Origin: an archaeon
GTDB lineage: Archaea; Nanobdellota; Nanobdellia; Woesearchaeales; GW2011-AR15
Length of the DNA: 64,000 nt
Reading direction: 5' to 3'
Assembly: GCA_043801855.1 (NCBI GenBank)
Contig: JAZDLQ010000019.1
Span: 384 to 64,383, forward strand
How positions within the stretch are numbered: the first letter of the stretch is position 1; every line of letters starts with the position of its first letter. Positions 27,405 through 37,900 of this stretch are shown one piece after another. A program made the position numbers and the translations under genes. The notes beneath the pieces are model-generated. The model saw only the letters and a list, made by a program, of their open reading frames with translations, made no database searches and was not told the origin of the DNA.

Positions 27405-29558
27405 GTGATAAAAATAAACATTGAAACGTTACGCGTGTTCAACGCATTAAAAAAGTTAGGAATAACTGAAACAGAATTTAGTGAGATTGAAAAGGAGCTT
27501 AATAGTCGCATCAGAACAGGCCTTGCAATTGTATGCGTAAAACAGGATTATTCAATCTGTGTCAGCCATGATGAACGCCATCAGATAGTAATAAGAAAAA
27601 TTGTTTATGAAAATAAAGCTCCTATGGCAAAATCCCGCATTCTTTTTAAGACATTAACTAATATTAATGACCTTCCGGATGAAATATACACGCTTCATTC
27701 GATAGCTCAGTACAGGGCGCTTGATGATGAAATATATTATGTTGCAGATACCTTAGAAGAATTAAAAGACAGGATATGCGACAGGTTTTCTGACAATTAC
27801 CCAAAAGAACTCGGCGATGCATATGATGAAGTCTATCCAAGTTACAATGAACGGGAAAAAAACAAGGTAATTCGCCCGCAAGTGGTTGATGAACAATTAA
27901 AGTCAATTTTCTGGCTGTTTAATGAGCCATACTCTGAGATTCTTAAAGCATCAAGAGACAACATTGCAAGGATTGTTAAGGTATTTTCGAGGAATAACAG
28001 AAGAGTTGCCATAATTCAGGAATGTGAGGAATACAATAAACAGCGAAGCTGCGGGCTTTACAGCGGCAGCTGGTATGAGCATATATCAAAGGTATCACTT
28101 AAGATTAAAACATTTACTCCAAGGGATAGAAGATATAACTACGTATGCCCGGGACGTGAAGTGTATTTGCCTCACGGCTGGGAAGAAAACGGGCAGATAT
28201 GGCTTGACGACAACTTAAGTGAAAAAGTTACCCATGAAGAACTGAAAGTATTATCAAGAAGGGTTACTGAAGAAAGAAATAACTGGATTCTATTGACAGC
28301 AGATTCTTACAACAGCATGAAAAACGCAGTAAAACTTGAATTATTAAGTGCAAAAAGAAAAGCAACTGAAGACTCTGCACGAAAAAATCTTGTGCAAAGC
28401 ATACAAAAATCATTTAGCGAAGGAAAAGCTGTCAGATGCGGCATAGAATTCACTAAAAAAAGTGTAAGTTATCAGGGAATAAGTTTCACAGGAAATAAAA
28501 TATCTTTATTTCTTAGTGAACAGAATGTATTATTTATGGAACAGCCTGATTTTACAAATATTTACGAAAGTTATATTGACTGGCTGCTTGACCCTATTGT
28601 AAAACATAATATCTATTACATTAGCAAAAAAACTGTTGACTTTAAGTTTAAAGGCAAAGAACTGATTACTGTAAAAGGCATTAAAATAATTCTAGAAAAA
28701 AAAGGCAATAACCTTTTTATCAATAATTTAAGGATTTGTAAAGAAGACGCTGCAATTGCAATAAAAAAGGCTATCTCATTTGCAACTTGTGAAGAATACA
28801 ATAATTGGCTAAAAACTGTAAGTATCCTTAACTTAAAACTTCAAAAAGCATTTGAGCAGGGCGGGCTTGATTTTGAATTAATGATTGACAAAACTGACGA
28901 CAACTGTTTATTAAATCATGATGATGAAAGCCGTATGCTTCTGTCAATTTCATTAATCCGGGAAAAAAACAAAAATTACACTGTGATAAACTCAACCAGA
29001 TACAAAATCAAAGATATCAATGCACTGCTTTCTTTAAGTAAAGATGTAAATATGGTGAGGTTAGGCGCAAGCGGAGGCGGATATCTGCAAAGAACAATAA
29101 AAATATTATATCAGGCAATTGACGGAATTTCTCCAAAAGAGATTGGAGAACTAATTGAAAATGGTAAAGATGCATATGAGTCACTGCATAAAAAACAGGA
29201 AAAAGAAAGGTTGAAAAAACTTAAAATGAGTAAAAAGTTTATTGAAAATGCAGTGCGTCTGTCAAAAGCTGAAAAAATCAAGAACGGCTTTCTAGTGCAG
29301 GGATTAAGCGGCACTATTTATTTTGTGGGGAGCAACTTAAGCGTTTATACGACAAAAAATGGCAAAACAGACAAGTATCTGTGCATCATTGACATTGGAA
29401 CTGAAGACAGTGAATCAGGAAGAAATGACGCAATTGCAAAACGGCTATTGATGCTTTCAAAAGATAAGGTTGTTGCTGATGAACTTTATGATTTGGGAGA
29501 TAAAATGGATCATTGGTGGCTACGCTTACGTGAGCCTGTATCGGAATCTATCCAATGA
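27405..29558 (+). CDS. Large hypothetical protein (717 aa)
   Basis: Long ORF whose only nearby in-frame start is GTG inside a GAGGTGA motif. No catalytic motif recognised by eye. Confidence 0.5.
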   Translation: MIKINIETLRVFNALKKLGITETEFSEIEKELNSRIRTGLAIVCVKQDYSICVSHDERHQIVIRKIVYENKAPMAKSRILFKTLTNINDLPDEIYTLHSIAQYRALDDEIYYVADTLEELKDRICDRFSDNYPKELGDAYDEVYPSYNEREKNKVIRPQVVDEQLKSIFWLFNEPYSEILKASRDNIARIVKVFSRNNRRVAIIQECEEYNKQRSCGLYSGSWYEHISKVSLKIKTFTPRDRRYNYVCPGREVYLPHGWEENGQIWLDDNLSEKVTHEELKVLSRRVTEERNNWILLTADSYNSMKNAVKLELLSAKRKATEDSARKNLVQSIQKSFSEGKAVRCGIEFTKKSVSYQGISFTGNKISLFLSEQNVLFMEQPDFTNIYESYIDWLLDPIVKHNIYYISKKTVDFKFKGKELITVKGIKIILEKKGNNLFINNLRICKEDAAIAIKKAISFATCEEYNNWLKTVSILNLKLQKAFEQGGLDFELMIDKTDDNCLLNHDDESRMLLSISLIREKNKNYTVINSTRYKIKDINALLSLSKDVNMVRLGASGGGYLQRTIKILYQAIDGISPKEIGELIENGKDAYESLHKKQEKERLKKLKMSKKFIENAVRLSKAEKIKNGFLVQGLSGTIYFVGSNLSVYTTKNGKTDKYLCIIDIGTEDSESGRNDAIAKRLLMLSKDKVVADELYDLGDKMDHWWLRLREPVSESIQ

Positions 29559-29583
29559 TTAAATAAAATTAGTTTCTTCAACC

Positions 29584-30237
29584 TTAAATATTGTTGCCAG
29601 TGAAATCTTCCTTCATTAATTCGTAGGCTCCAGCAGGAAATGATTTTGAGTCGGAACCTGTAAACTTTTCAGGAGAGAAATAAAGGTTCTCACAAATCTT
29701 ATTATAAAATATTACCAGTGGATGGCAGTGTATGCTTTCTGCTAGGATTTTCGGGCTGATTATCCTTTCATCATACAGGCATATTGCGCAAACATTGTTA
29801 TTCTTAAAAAATTCATGAAGCTCAGATTCATATTCGATAAGCCTGCTGGTACCTTTGACATTCTTATTTACCCATGAGGCTTCTCCTAATACCCTAACAC
29901 CAGTGTATCCCTCTTGCATCGATTGATTTACAGTTTGTTGCCATAGATTCATCGTTCTCTCAGGGTCAAAAAAACCATTTTTGAGATAGGTCTCATTACT
30001 ATTAAGTATTGCTAGTTGACCAGATTTTACGATTTTATCAAAGTCAGGTAATTTCTTAGAAAATTCAGCAAGGACTTTGTCTTTTGGCGTCTCATCAATT
30101 ATATATATGCACTTTTCGTTGTTTTCCAATCCTTTTATTAAGAAAGGAATGATAACCGAAAACAACTGACTTTCATTTTTAAAAATAAACGAGAAATGAT
30201 CACCAAACTTCGCATGTGAAATGTCTTTAAGTCCCAT
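29584..30237 (-). CDS. MEDS-domain protein
   Basis: GDHFSFIFKNESQLFSVIIPFLIKGLENNEKCIYIIDE..., then VRVLGEASW...AICLYD, matches the MEDS (DcmR-like sensory) domain pattern. Confidence 0.55.
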   Translation of the reverse strand: MGLKDISHAKFGDHFSFIFKNESQLFSVIIPFLIKGLENNEKCIYIIDETPKDKVLAEFSKKLPDFDKIVKSGQLAILNSNETYLKNGFFDPERTMNLWQQTVNQSMQEGYTGVRVLGEASWVNKNVKGTSRLIEYESELHEFFKNNNVCAICLYDERIISPKILAESIHCHPLVIFYNKICENLYFSPEKFTGSDSKSFPAGAYELMKEDFTGNNI

Positions 30238-30445
30238 TTTCTATATTGTTATTATGATAAAGTGATTATTGTTTAAATATTTATTTAATAATTAGTACTT
30301 AGAATGAGTTTCTAGCTCCTTAAGTAAATGTGATTTATTTCAGTTAAACGCATTAATATATAAAAATCCTTTTGAATGAAAATTGAGATTATATTGCCTC
30401 AAATTTTACTTTCTTATTGAAAAAAAATTTTCGGCAGGTGAGAAA

Positions 30446-31030
30446 ATGAAAATATTGGTTATTGGTGCAGGAGGAGTAGGTTCGTGGCTTGTTGAGGAGA
30501 TTGCTGTTTGCGTTGAGCAAGGCCAGATTGACGCATTCTCAGAGATCATAGTAGCTGACAATGACATAGTGGAGGTTGAGCAGATCAAATACCAGAACTT
30601 CCAGCTTAAAGACATAGGATTGAACAAGGCTTTAGTGCTTGCCATGCGTTTTGAAAATTCAGGAATAAGAGCAAAATCAGAGAGAATAGAGAAGGAAAAC
30701 CAGCTCAAAGGATTTGATTTTATTATTTTATGCGTTGACAATGAAAAAACAAGAGAAATGGTAATCCGGTATTCCCATAAATCCGGAGCAGATTTTCTTG
30801 ACTTAAGAGCAACTGGCAGGCAGATCTTTGTAATGCCTAAAAGAACACTTGAAAAAAATCTCGCATTCATTGATAATTTTGATAAAAACGAATACAGCTG
30901 CCAGGAGAAAGAGGATTTAGATAAAGGGCTAATTCAGAAAGGAAACAAAATTGCAGCATTATGCGGCTGCCAAATGCTTCTTAATGCAATAAGAGGACAT
31001 GGGAACAAAGAACATGTAATGATGATTTAG
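30446..31030 (+). CDS. Short ThiF/MoeB/E1-like adenylation-domain protein
   Basis: AGGTGAG RBS, then MKILVIGAGGVGSWLVEEIA (Rossmann GxGxxG), VADNDIVEVEQIKYQNF and ILCVDNEKTREMV. About 194 aa. No catalytic-Cys domain seen. Confidence 0.65.
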   Translation: MKILVIGAGGVGSWLVEEIAVCVEQGQIDAFSEIIVADNDIVEVEQIKYQNFQLKDIGLNKALVLAMRFENSGIRAKSERIEKENQLKGFDFIILCVDNEKTREMVIRYSHKSGADFLDLRATGRQIFVMPKRTLEKNLAFIDNFDKNEYSCQEKEDLDKGLIQKGNKIAALCGCQMLLNAIRGHGNKEHVMMI

Positions 31031-31033
31031 TTT

Positions 31034-31062
31034 AGGTTTCTTTGCCTTCATGAAAGAAACCT
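31034..31062. repeat. Hairpin AGGTTTCTTT-N9-AAAGAAACCT; copy 2 of the palindromic element
   Basis: Perfect 10-bp arms at 31034-31043 and 31053-31062. Shares GGTTTCTT...ATGAAAGAAACCTCA with 26161-26190. Lies between the ThiF-like gene and the next gene. Confidence 0.45.
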
Positions 31063-31094
31063 CATTGAAGGTTTATTTTTAGGAGGCGAAACAC

Positions 31095-31448
31095 ATGGAA
31101 AAAATAAAATTTTATATTGAGAGTAAGAACGGCCATGATGAAATTGACGTGCCAAAAAGCGAACTTAAGGCAGAAGTTGAGAAGCAGTTAAACGACAACA
31201 AGCTTGTTACTCTTGAAAATAAAGACGGCAGTACAGAAATATTGACTAAAAAGGATATTCCAGAAAATTGCTCTTCTGACTGGAAAAACACATTTCAAAA
31301 GAGTGCATCTAAACAGGAAGCAGCAGCTGCAATTCAAGATAAAGCGCCAGTAAAACCAACACCAGTGACATCACAGGTTAAAGAATACGCAAAAAAATTT
31401 GAGCATGTTGTAAGCGCAACAGTTACAAATAAAGCAAAAGGAGGCTAA
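31095..31448 (+). CDS. Hypothetical 117-aa protein ending in Gly-Gly; possible beta-grasp N-terminal part
   Basis: Ends ...TNKAKGG-stop. The N-terminal 55 aa have an alternating strand/helix pattern. The GG codons coincide with the AAGGAGG RBS of the next gene. Confidence 0.45.
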   Translation: MEKIKFYIESKNGHDEIDVPKSELKAEVEKQLNDNKLVTLENKDGSTEILTKKDIPENCSSDWKNTFQKSASKQEAAAAIQDKAPVKPTPVTSQVKEYAKKFEHVVSATVTNKAKGG

Positions 31449-31449
31449 A

Positions 31450-31695
31450 ATGAAACTAATTGAACTAATTGACAAGTATGTAGAACAGTCAGCAAAAGTC
31501 TTTGTTAACGGAATGCCGGAAACAGACGGCGGTAGGATTATCAAAAGAGAAGAAGATTTCATCAGGTTTGAGATTACAAAAAATGGTGCAAAGCAGGAAG
31601 AAACTGCAAAAGAAACAGTAATTATTCCAATATCTCAAATCAATACAATCTCACAGGGAGAAAGAAAGGCAGGAGTTTTAAGTGTAAGCAATTAG
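31450..31695 (+). CDS. Hypothetical small protein
   Basis: 81-aa ORF with a strong AAGGAGG RBS. No motif recognised. Confidence 0.45.
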   Translation: MKLIELIDKYVEQSAKVFVNGMPETDGGRIIKREEDFIRFEITKNGAKQEETAKETVIIPISQINTISQGERKAGVLSVSN

Positions 31696-31816
31696 TGTAT
31701 TTGGCATTAATTTTTTACTTTTTATGGAAAAATCATGCATTATAGGACAAAATGGCTTATATATACATATTTATAGCAATAGTTTAAATATAAGTTTAAC
31801 TTTATATGTATTTAAA

Positions 31817-32755
31817 ATGAAATCCAGCAATATTACCCTATCAAAATCAATGATACGTACGCTTATTGAAGTGGTAAGAGGCAATAATTCAATGGCGCTT
31901 CTTGAAAAAAAACTTAACTCTTCAAAATCATGGACAACCAGAGTAATAAATAAGCTGCAAGAATTTGGGTTTATAAAAAAAAATAAAAATGGAATTTCCC
32001 TAAGACTTGAACTTGCAGATTCATCACATGCTATTGCTTTTAAGGATATGTTTGTAGAACAGCCGAATAAAAATTATGAAGATATATTATCCGGCAGAAA
32101 CCTTGATGTTCTTTTGGCAATTGTTACAGGTGAAAAAAATACTAAGATAATCGGAAAAATGCTTAGTGTACAGCCGAGAGTTGTTAGATTAAGAATAAAT
32201 TTTCTTGCAGGCAGCGGGCTTATCAATAAATCAATGCATAAATATTCGATAAGTAATACGCAGGAGTACTTGATTAAATTCTTAAAAGAAATAAGAAATT
32301 ATTCAAAATACAACGGAAGGCTAATATGGAAATTTGGCATTGAATGCCTAATTAAAGTTCTTTCAGAGTCAGATATGGAAGGCGAGACAACTGGCATGAA
32401 CAGGTATAAAGATTTTGAAATTCCCGTCAATACTGTTTATTACATGTGTTATAAAGGGCATGATAAAATATCCGTAAGCCTTGCATTTATTCACAGCTTG
32501 TTTGAAATTAATGACGCAAGAACAACTGCCATTGCAATAACCTATTTTGCAAAGAACAAACTATTTTTAAAGGAAAACTTCAATAAAATGCACGATACAT
32601 CAGAAAAATATGACAAAAGCAGTATTGTTGATGAAATAATGTTAATTTATAATTCAGTTAAAAAATGGCAAAAAATAAAAAGCAGTTTACTGCCTTTTGC
32701 AGATTATAAAGAAATAGAAAAACAGTTTGAATTGTATGGAGTGAAAAATGTTTAA
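31817..32755 (+). CDS. Two-wHTH regulator-like protein (AbiEi-like partner candidate)
   Basis: MIRTLIEVVRGNNSMALLEKKLNSSKSWTTRVINKLQEFGFIKK and LLAIVTGEKNTKIIGKMLSVQPRVVRLRINFLAGSGLINK. Overlaps the NTase gene by 8 nt. The ORF opens at 31724. Confidence 0.45.
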   Translation: MKSSNITLSKSMIRTLIEVVRGNNSMALLEKKLNSSKSWTTRVINKLQEFGFIKKNKNGISLRLELADSSHAIAFKDMFVEQPNKNYEDILSGRNLDVLLAIVTGEKNTKIIGKMLSVQPRVVRLRINFLAGSGLINKSMHKYSISNTQEYLIKFLKEIRNYSKYNGRLIWKFGIECLIKVLSESDMEGETTGMNRYKDFEIPVNTVYYMCYKGHDKISVSLAFIHSLFEINDARTTAIAITYFAKNKLFLKENFNKMHDTSEKYDKSSIVDEIMLIYNSVKKWQKIKSSLLPFADYKEIEKQFELYGVKNV

Positions 32756-33494
32756 CGCAAAATCACTTGAAGAGTTCTTTAACAAGGTAAATGCAGCTAC
32801 AGTGTCCAATATAACACTATATCTTATTGGCGGATGTAATATGAGTTTAAGAAACCTTAAACTTGTCACAAAAGATGTTGATTTTGTTTTATTAACAAAA
32901 GCTGAACTTGATAATTTTAAGAAGGCAGTTGAAAAATTAGGATATGCAACAGATAAGGAACTTTTTAAAGAGGCTGTTTACAGAGACGCTGTAATTGTAT
33001 TTAAAGATGATTCAGGCTCACGCATTGATATTTTTTTAAAAAGCATCTGCAACCAGCTTGTATTATCTGACGGCATGGTTAATAGAAGTGTTCTTCATAA
33101 AAATTACGGCAAAATAAAAGTTATGCTTGTCTCTTCTGAGGACATTTTTTTGTTTAAATCCCTCACAGGCAGGCCGCAGGATATAGACGATTGCTTTGCA
33201 TTTATTGATACAGGAAAATTAGACTGGAAAACAATAATTAATGAATGCACATTGCAGCACAGGGAAAAAGTAAAATGGATATTCTGGCTTTTTGAACAGG
33301 TTTGCAGAATTGAAGATGCAAAGAATATAATTATTCCTGCCAAAAGAAATGTGTTTAGCATTTGTAAAGACAACTGGAGCAAACACCCAACTGATTTTAT
33401 GCTTGATTTTTCAGCGAAACAAATTAAAAAGCATGTTCCGGTGCCGCAGCAAAAGGAAATAATTGAGGCAAAACAAAATGAATCCAAAATATAA
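32748..33494 (+). CDS. Pol-beta-superfamily nucleotidyltransferase (AbiEii/DUF6036-like)
   Basis: LYLIGGCNMSLRNLKLVTKDVDFVL (GG...S...DxD), then RIDIF as the third acidic residue, then SSEDIFLFKSLTGRPQDIDD. Confidence 0.55.
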   Translation: MFNAKSLEEFFNKVNAATVSNITLYLIGGCNMSLRNLKLVTKDVDFVLLTKAELDNFKKAVEKLGYATDKELFKEAVYRDAVIVFKDDSGSRIDIFLKSICNQLVLSDGMVNRSVLHKNYGKIKVMLVSSEDIFLFKSLTGRPQDIDDCFAFIDTGKLDWKTIINECTLQHREKVKWIFWLFEQVCRIEDAKNIIIPAKRNVFSICKDNWSKHPTDFMLDFSAKQIKKHVPVPQQKEIIEAKQNESKI

Positions 33495-33651
33495 GATAGG
33501 AGATAAAGCCAGGCTTCTTATTGAAGGAAAAGAATACTCAGGAGAAATATTTATTCGTGACAACACTGACAACGGGTGGAGGTACGATGTTATGTGTTCA
33601 AAGCCGAAAAAAATTCTTATCAAACATGTTTATGAAAAAAAATTACTATAA
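33478..33651 (+). CDS. Hypothetical small protein
   Basis: ATG 33478 (MNPKYKIGDK...) overlaps the end of the NTase gene. No motif recognised. Confidence 0.3.
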   Translation: MNPKYKIGDKARLLIEGKEYSGEIFIRDNTDNGWRYDVMCSKPKKILIKHVYEKKLL

Positions 33652-33745
33652 AGTATATGTGTAAAAATTTTTGTGAGGAAATAAAATAAAAACATGCTTA
33701 TGCTGTAAAAATGATTTTACAACAAAAACATTATACGATTATAAT

Positions 33746-33952
33746 TTGGGATTATGTGATGATTGCAATGGCAAACTTGATGTCAAAATTAAAAGAAAAG
33801 ACGGTGTTGAAAAGTTAACAGTCACGTGCCCAAAATGCAAGCAAGTCTATGGAAGGGAAATTATTGACTCAAAGTGCAAAACTCTTGGCTGCAATGTCCA
33901 TTTCTTTTGGAATGTTGACCACACAGTTGTTGCTAGATGGATTGATTTGTAA
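33746..33952 (+). CDS. Zinc-ribbon protein; true start probably upstream at a non-ATG codon
   Basis: CDDC...CPKC...C..GC. The frame is open from 33677 and adds a CLCC motif. A GTGAGGA RBS lies 6 nt before an in-frame ATA at 33686. Confidence 0.35.
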   Translation: MGLCDDCNGKLDVKIKRKDGVEKLTVTCPKCKQVYGREIIDSKCKTLGCNVHFFWNVDHTVVARWIDL

Positions 33953-34079
33953 TTTTACATTGTTTTCTTTTTTCTAATTTGTTAAAATAATATGGTTGTT
34001 CTTTCAAAAATCCATGTTTTTATTTTTAGAAAACTTGGATTTTGATTCAGACGTAAAAGTTAAAAATAAGGTGATTTTT

Positions 34080-34820
34080 ATGAACAGTATGATAATTAGT
34101 GAGGATTATTTTAAAAAAATAAAAGATCTTAACCTTCCTGAGAAGAAGGAAAATAATGAGTACATTTTATTGCATGTTTATGGAGATGACAAAAGAGCAT
34201 CATCTAAATTCAATGTTAAGGTTTACAATAACAAAAAAGGCATTCTTAAAGTTGTATGCAATGATATTGACACTTTGAATAAAATGATAGAAAACAAGCA
34301 GGATTCACCGCCTGATAACGTTAAGAGAACAATTTCAATTGATGATAGCGGTTGGGGTTTCCCTCTTGGCGGAGTGCTTGTAGGAGCTTATGATACGTTA
34401 ACAAATCAAATTATAACAAGAGATGTCACAGTTAATTACTTTCAAAATCCTCTGTTTTCACAAAAAGAATACTTGGTGGAATATGCTAGGAGAGGATTAG
34501 AAATAATTAAGGAGTTACATGCAGAGCCAATTGATACAGTTATAAAGATATGTTCTGGCTATATTAATTCAAAATTGAAAGAAAAATTAAGGGAAGAAGG
34601 ATTTTATGTTGAAGTTACAGAAATTAAGGAACCCTTACAATCCGAATTAGAAAAAAAGCACAAGGAATATGTGAAAGGTTTAGGGTTTGACTATTATTAT
34701 GATCCCAAAGGGCTTTCTGAAAAAGAAATTGTTTCAAAGTTTGATAAAGTCATTTTAATAATTAAAGAGAAAGGATTAATGCATTTGTCAAAGACTGGTT
34801 GGCAGTATTTTAAAGAGTAA
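34080..34820 (+). CDS. Hypothetical protein with an RNase H-fold-like signature
   Basis: AAGGTGA RBS before ATG 34080. ISIDDSGWGFPLGGVLVGAYD resembles the beta1-beta2 motif of RNase HII (GIDEAGRGPLAGPVV) and RuvC. Confidence 0.4.
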   Translation: MNSMIISEDYFKKIKDLNLPEKKENNEYILLHVYGDDKRASSKFNVKVYNNKKGILKVVCNDIDTLNKMIENKQDSPPDNVKRTISIDDSGWGFPLGGVLVGAYDTLTNQIITRDVTVNYFQNPLFSQKEYLVEYARRGLEIIKELHAEPIDTVIKICSGYINSKLKEKLREEGFYVEVTEIKEPLQSELEKKHKEYVKGLGFDYYYDPKGLSEKEIVSKFDKVILIIKEKGLMHLSKTGWQYFKE

Positions 34821-34851
34821 TTATTTTTTATGGTTTTTTATTTCCTAAATG

Positions 34852-34884
34852 CAACTTTCCAATAATTGAGAAAGTTGTTTTTTT
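34852..34884 (+). terminator. Hairpin CAACTTTC-N10-GAAAGTTG followed by T7
   Basis: Arms at 34852-34859 and 34870-34877. T-run at 34878-34884. Confidence 0.45.
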
Positions 34885-34903
34885 CTAATGAGGCTATAGT
34901 CAA

Positions 34904-37900
34904 ATGTCACAAACATCCCTATTTGAGTTTTCAAATAAAAGTCTTTTACCCCAAATTATACAAGAAAGTGAACAGGAGATTATTAAAGAAGTAAAGCAAG
35001 AAAGGAAGATTCTAAGAATTGAGCCATCAGGCAAAACATACACTCAGCTGAATACAGAAATAAAATTATCTATTCATAATGAGACATGGCACAAAGACGA
35101 CCTGATAAAATATTATGAGGGGCTAGGCATTGAAATCAAGAGCGAGAACGGCATTCTTGGCCTCCATAATGCCAGGGAGAAGAATCTAGGGCAGTTCTTT
35201 ACTCCATTGTGGGCTTCTAAGCTTATTGTAGAACTACTCAGTATCCCTTGTAATGCCACTGTCCTTGACAATTCAATGGGCTCAGGCAGGTTAGCCTGGC
35301 ATCTTCCAAATAAAAAGCTCTTTACAGGTATTGAATATGAAGCGCAGGCTTATGAGGTTGCTAAGAGAGTTTATCCGGATTCATGCATCATACAAGACAA
35401 TCTAGTGAATCATGTTGCTGACAACCGCTTTGATTATGTCCTTATTAACCCCCCTTTCTCACTCAATTTAAAGTCCCTGCATGGCAACCTTATCCATATT
35501 TCTTATGGTGGAGGGGTTCTCAGCCAGGTTGCAGCCATGGAGATTGGTTTGAGGGCTGTGAAGGACAGGGGCTATTTGGCAGCCATCCTTCCTGAAAATG
35601 TCTGGAAATTGGAGTCAACAAGAGTTTTGCACAGGTGGATAAAGGAGAACAGCCAAGAAATCGCCAGGATAAGGCTCCCTAAATCGACATTTATTGGCAC
35701 AGAGTGGAGAACAACACTTTTCATTTTCCATAAAACCAGTTGGAATTCGGACTCAACTGTTGAACCCTTTACTGATGAGCTTAGTAGCGAGCAGGACACC
35801 CCTTTGGTAATAGGGCGTTTTCAACAAACAGTATTTAATAGGGATGTAATAGACTATTCAGTGTCAAGAAACAGCCGTGAGCCAGTTATTCTGGAAAAAT
35901 TGAGTAAGGCAGAGGAAGCAATCCAGAGTATCAATAAAAGAAAGCTGTCATGGAACAGCGAAAACCCGAGAGTTCTGGTGACATCTGTGAAAAACAGGCT
36001 GCACTTCATGCCAAACAATGCCCTTGCTGCAATAAAGATGGAAAATATAAAGGCAAATTTTCAGGTAGAGTACGATTATAGCCTGCGCGACTATGCTGAT
36101 ACCTTAAAGAAGTCACTGGTGCTCGATAAGGTTTGGATTGGAGAGAAACATATCCATGAGCTGGAGATCTTCACTTATTTTGAAAAATACGGCCTTGATT
36201 ATGAAATCTCGCCTGTTTTAGTGAACTGGCTGAAGAAGAAAAAAAGGTTTTACAACAGGGAGAGCCTGGCTTTTGAGCAATGGATCAAGCCCACAGAGGA
36301 AAGCGACTGGGAGTGCCGCTTTGATGAGGATGGGATAAAAACCATTCTAGGCTTATACAACCACAGGCAAAGAATATTCAGGAGATGCTGCAAAGAGTTT
36401 CCTCATCTGAATGTACTCTATGACTTCCAGAAAGACGACCTAATCAGGCTTTCGTTAAAGAAGTCTGCAATAATTGCCTGGCAGCAGGGCCTTGGCAAGA
36501 CCAAACTTGGCATTGCATTGGCTATACTAAAAGATTGCAAGAAAAATCTCTTTATTGTTCCCTCTCACTTAAAGGCAACATGGGTGAAGGAGTTTAAGAA
36601 TTTTGGAATCAATGCTCATATCATAGAGGAAAAAGCAGATATTAGCCAGCTTTCCATGTTTAATCTTATCACATTCAATGCCTTGAAGAAAAAAGTTGAT
36701 TCTCGAAAAACAAAATTCAGGACTGATAAGAGAAGCGGGAAAGCTGTTGATAAGGCTAAGACTTTTGCAGACATTCTTAGAAAGAAATTCAAATTTGTTA
36801 TTGTTGATGAAGCCCATTATCTCTCAAATAAGAGCACAAGCCAGACCAAGGCAGTCTCAAAAATGAAACCCCGCTATTGGTACCTTATGACTGGAACACC
36901 AATAGGCAACACTGTGAAAAATATCTACTCGCTGCTGGATATCGGATGGAAGGCAGGAAGCCCATTTTTTCCTTACAACACAAAGCAGTTCAGGGAGGAA
37001 TTTGTGACAGTTGAATGGGTTACGCCTGAGTTTGATGACACCCTCTCAAAAGGCAGGACAGCACAGCAGATGGCAGATGTAAAAAATGTGGAGGTTTTTG
37101 TTGACTTGATGAAGGCAAAATGGCTTAGAAGGGTAAAGGCAGAGCCTGAAGTGCAGAGGTGCATAGCAATACCAAAACCTCACATAGTTGATGTTCAGTG
37201 CAAGCCAGAACAGGAGCAGCTCATCCATTACAAGAAGCATCTTGAGGAATTTGCAGTCATATTCAAGAGATACATGCATCCTGAAGAAGATAAAGAACAC
37301 AAGGTTGACCAGTCAATTGTCCTTGCCATGATCCAGAACCTGCAGTTTTGCTCTATTATACCCCAGCATCCAAAGGTAAATCCTGATGAAGATTTTACAT
37401 ATAAAGGAGATAAGACTACCACACAAAAGAAGATATTGGAGCTTATCAAGGCGCATTACGCCGAAGGGAGAAAGATAATCCTCTTCACCCAGCGCCCGGA
37501 TTTTTGTGATTTATTGGGTGATTGGCTCAAGAAGGAAAATATTGAGAGTGTTGTGTTCACAGGAAAGATCAATATTGATAAAAGGAACAAGAGACTGGAT
37601 GATTTCAAGTATAATGGTATTAATGTCATGCTAGCTTCAATCAATGTGACTGACACAGGCCTGAACATACCCCAGGCAAATATTGCCATTATTGCAGAAG
37701 CTGACTGGAAATGGAGCAAGATTGACCAAGCTTACTCACGGATCTTAAGGCCCCAGACAAAAGAAAGCCCGACTGTATACTGCATACACACAAACGGCAC
37801 CATTGACAATTACCTATGGCAGCATGCCTACAGGAAGAAAGACGCGATAGATGAGGCCTTAGAGGGTAGGGAGGACATTAAAAAGGAAAAATGGGTGCAC

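Noticed and set aside
30406-30870. A 154-aa antisense ORF across the ThiF-like gene. Similar shadows occur at 39684-40118, 41778-42131, 44394-44714 and 56547-58424.
   Set aside because: Each lies inside a sense ORF with clear family motifs (ThiF, HTH protein, agmatinase, radical SAM, HsdR). There is no independent support.
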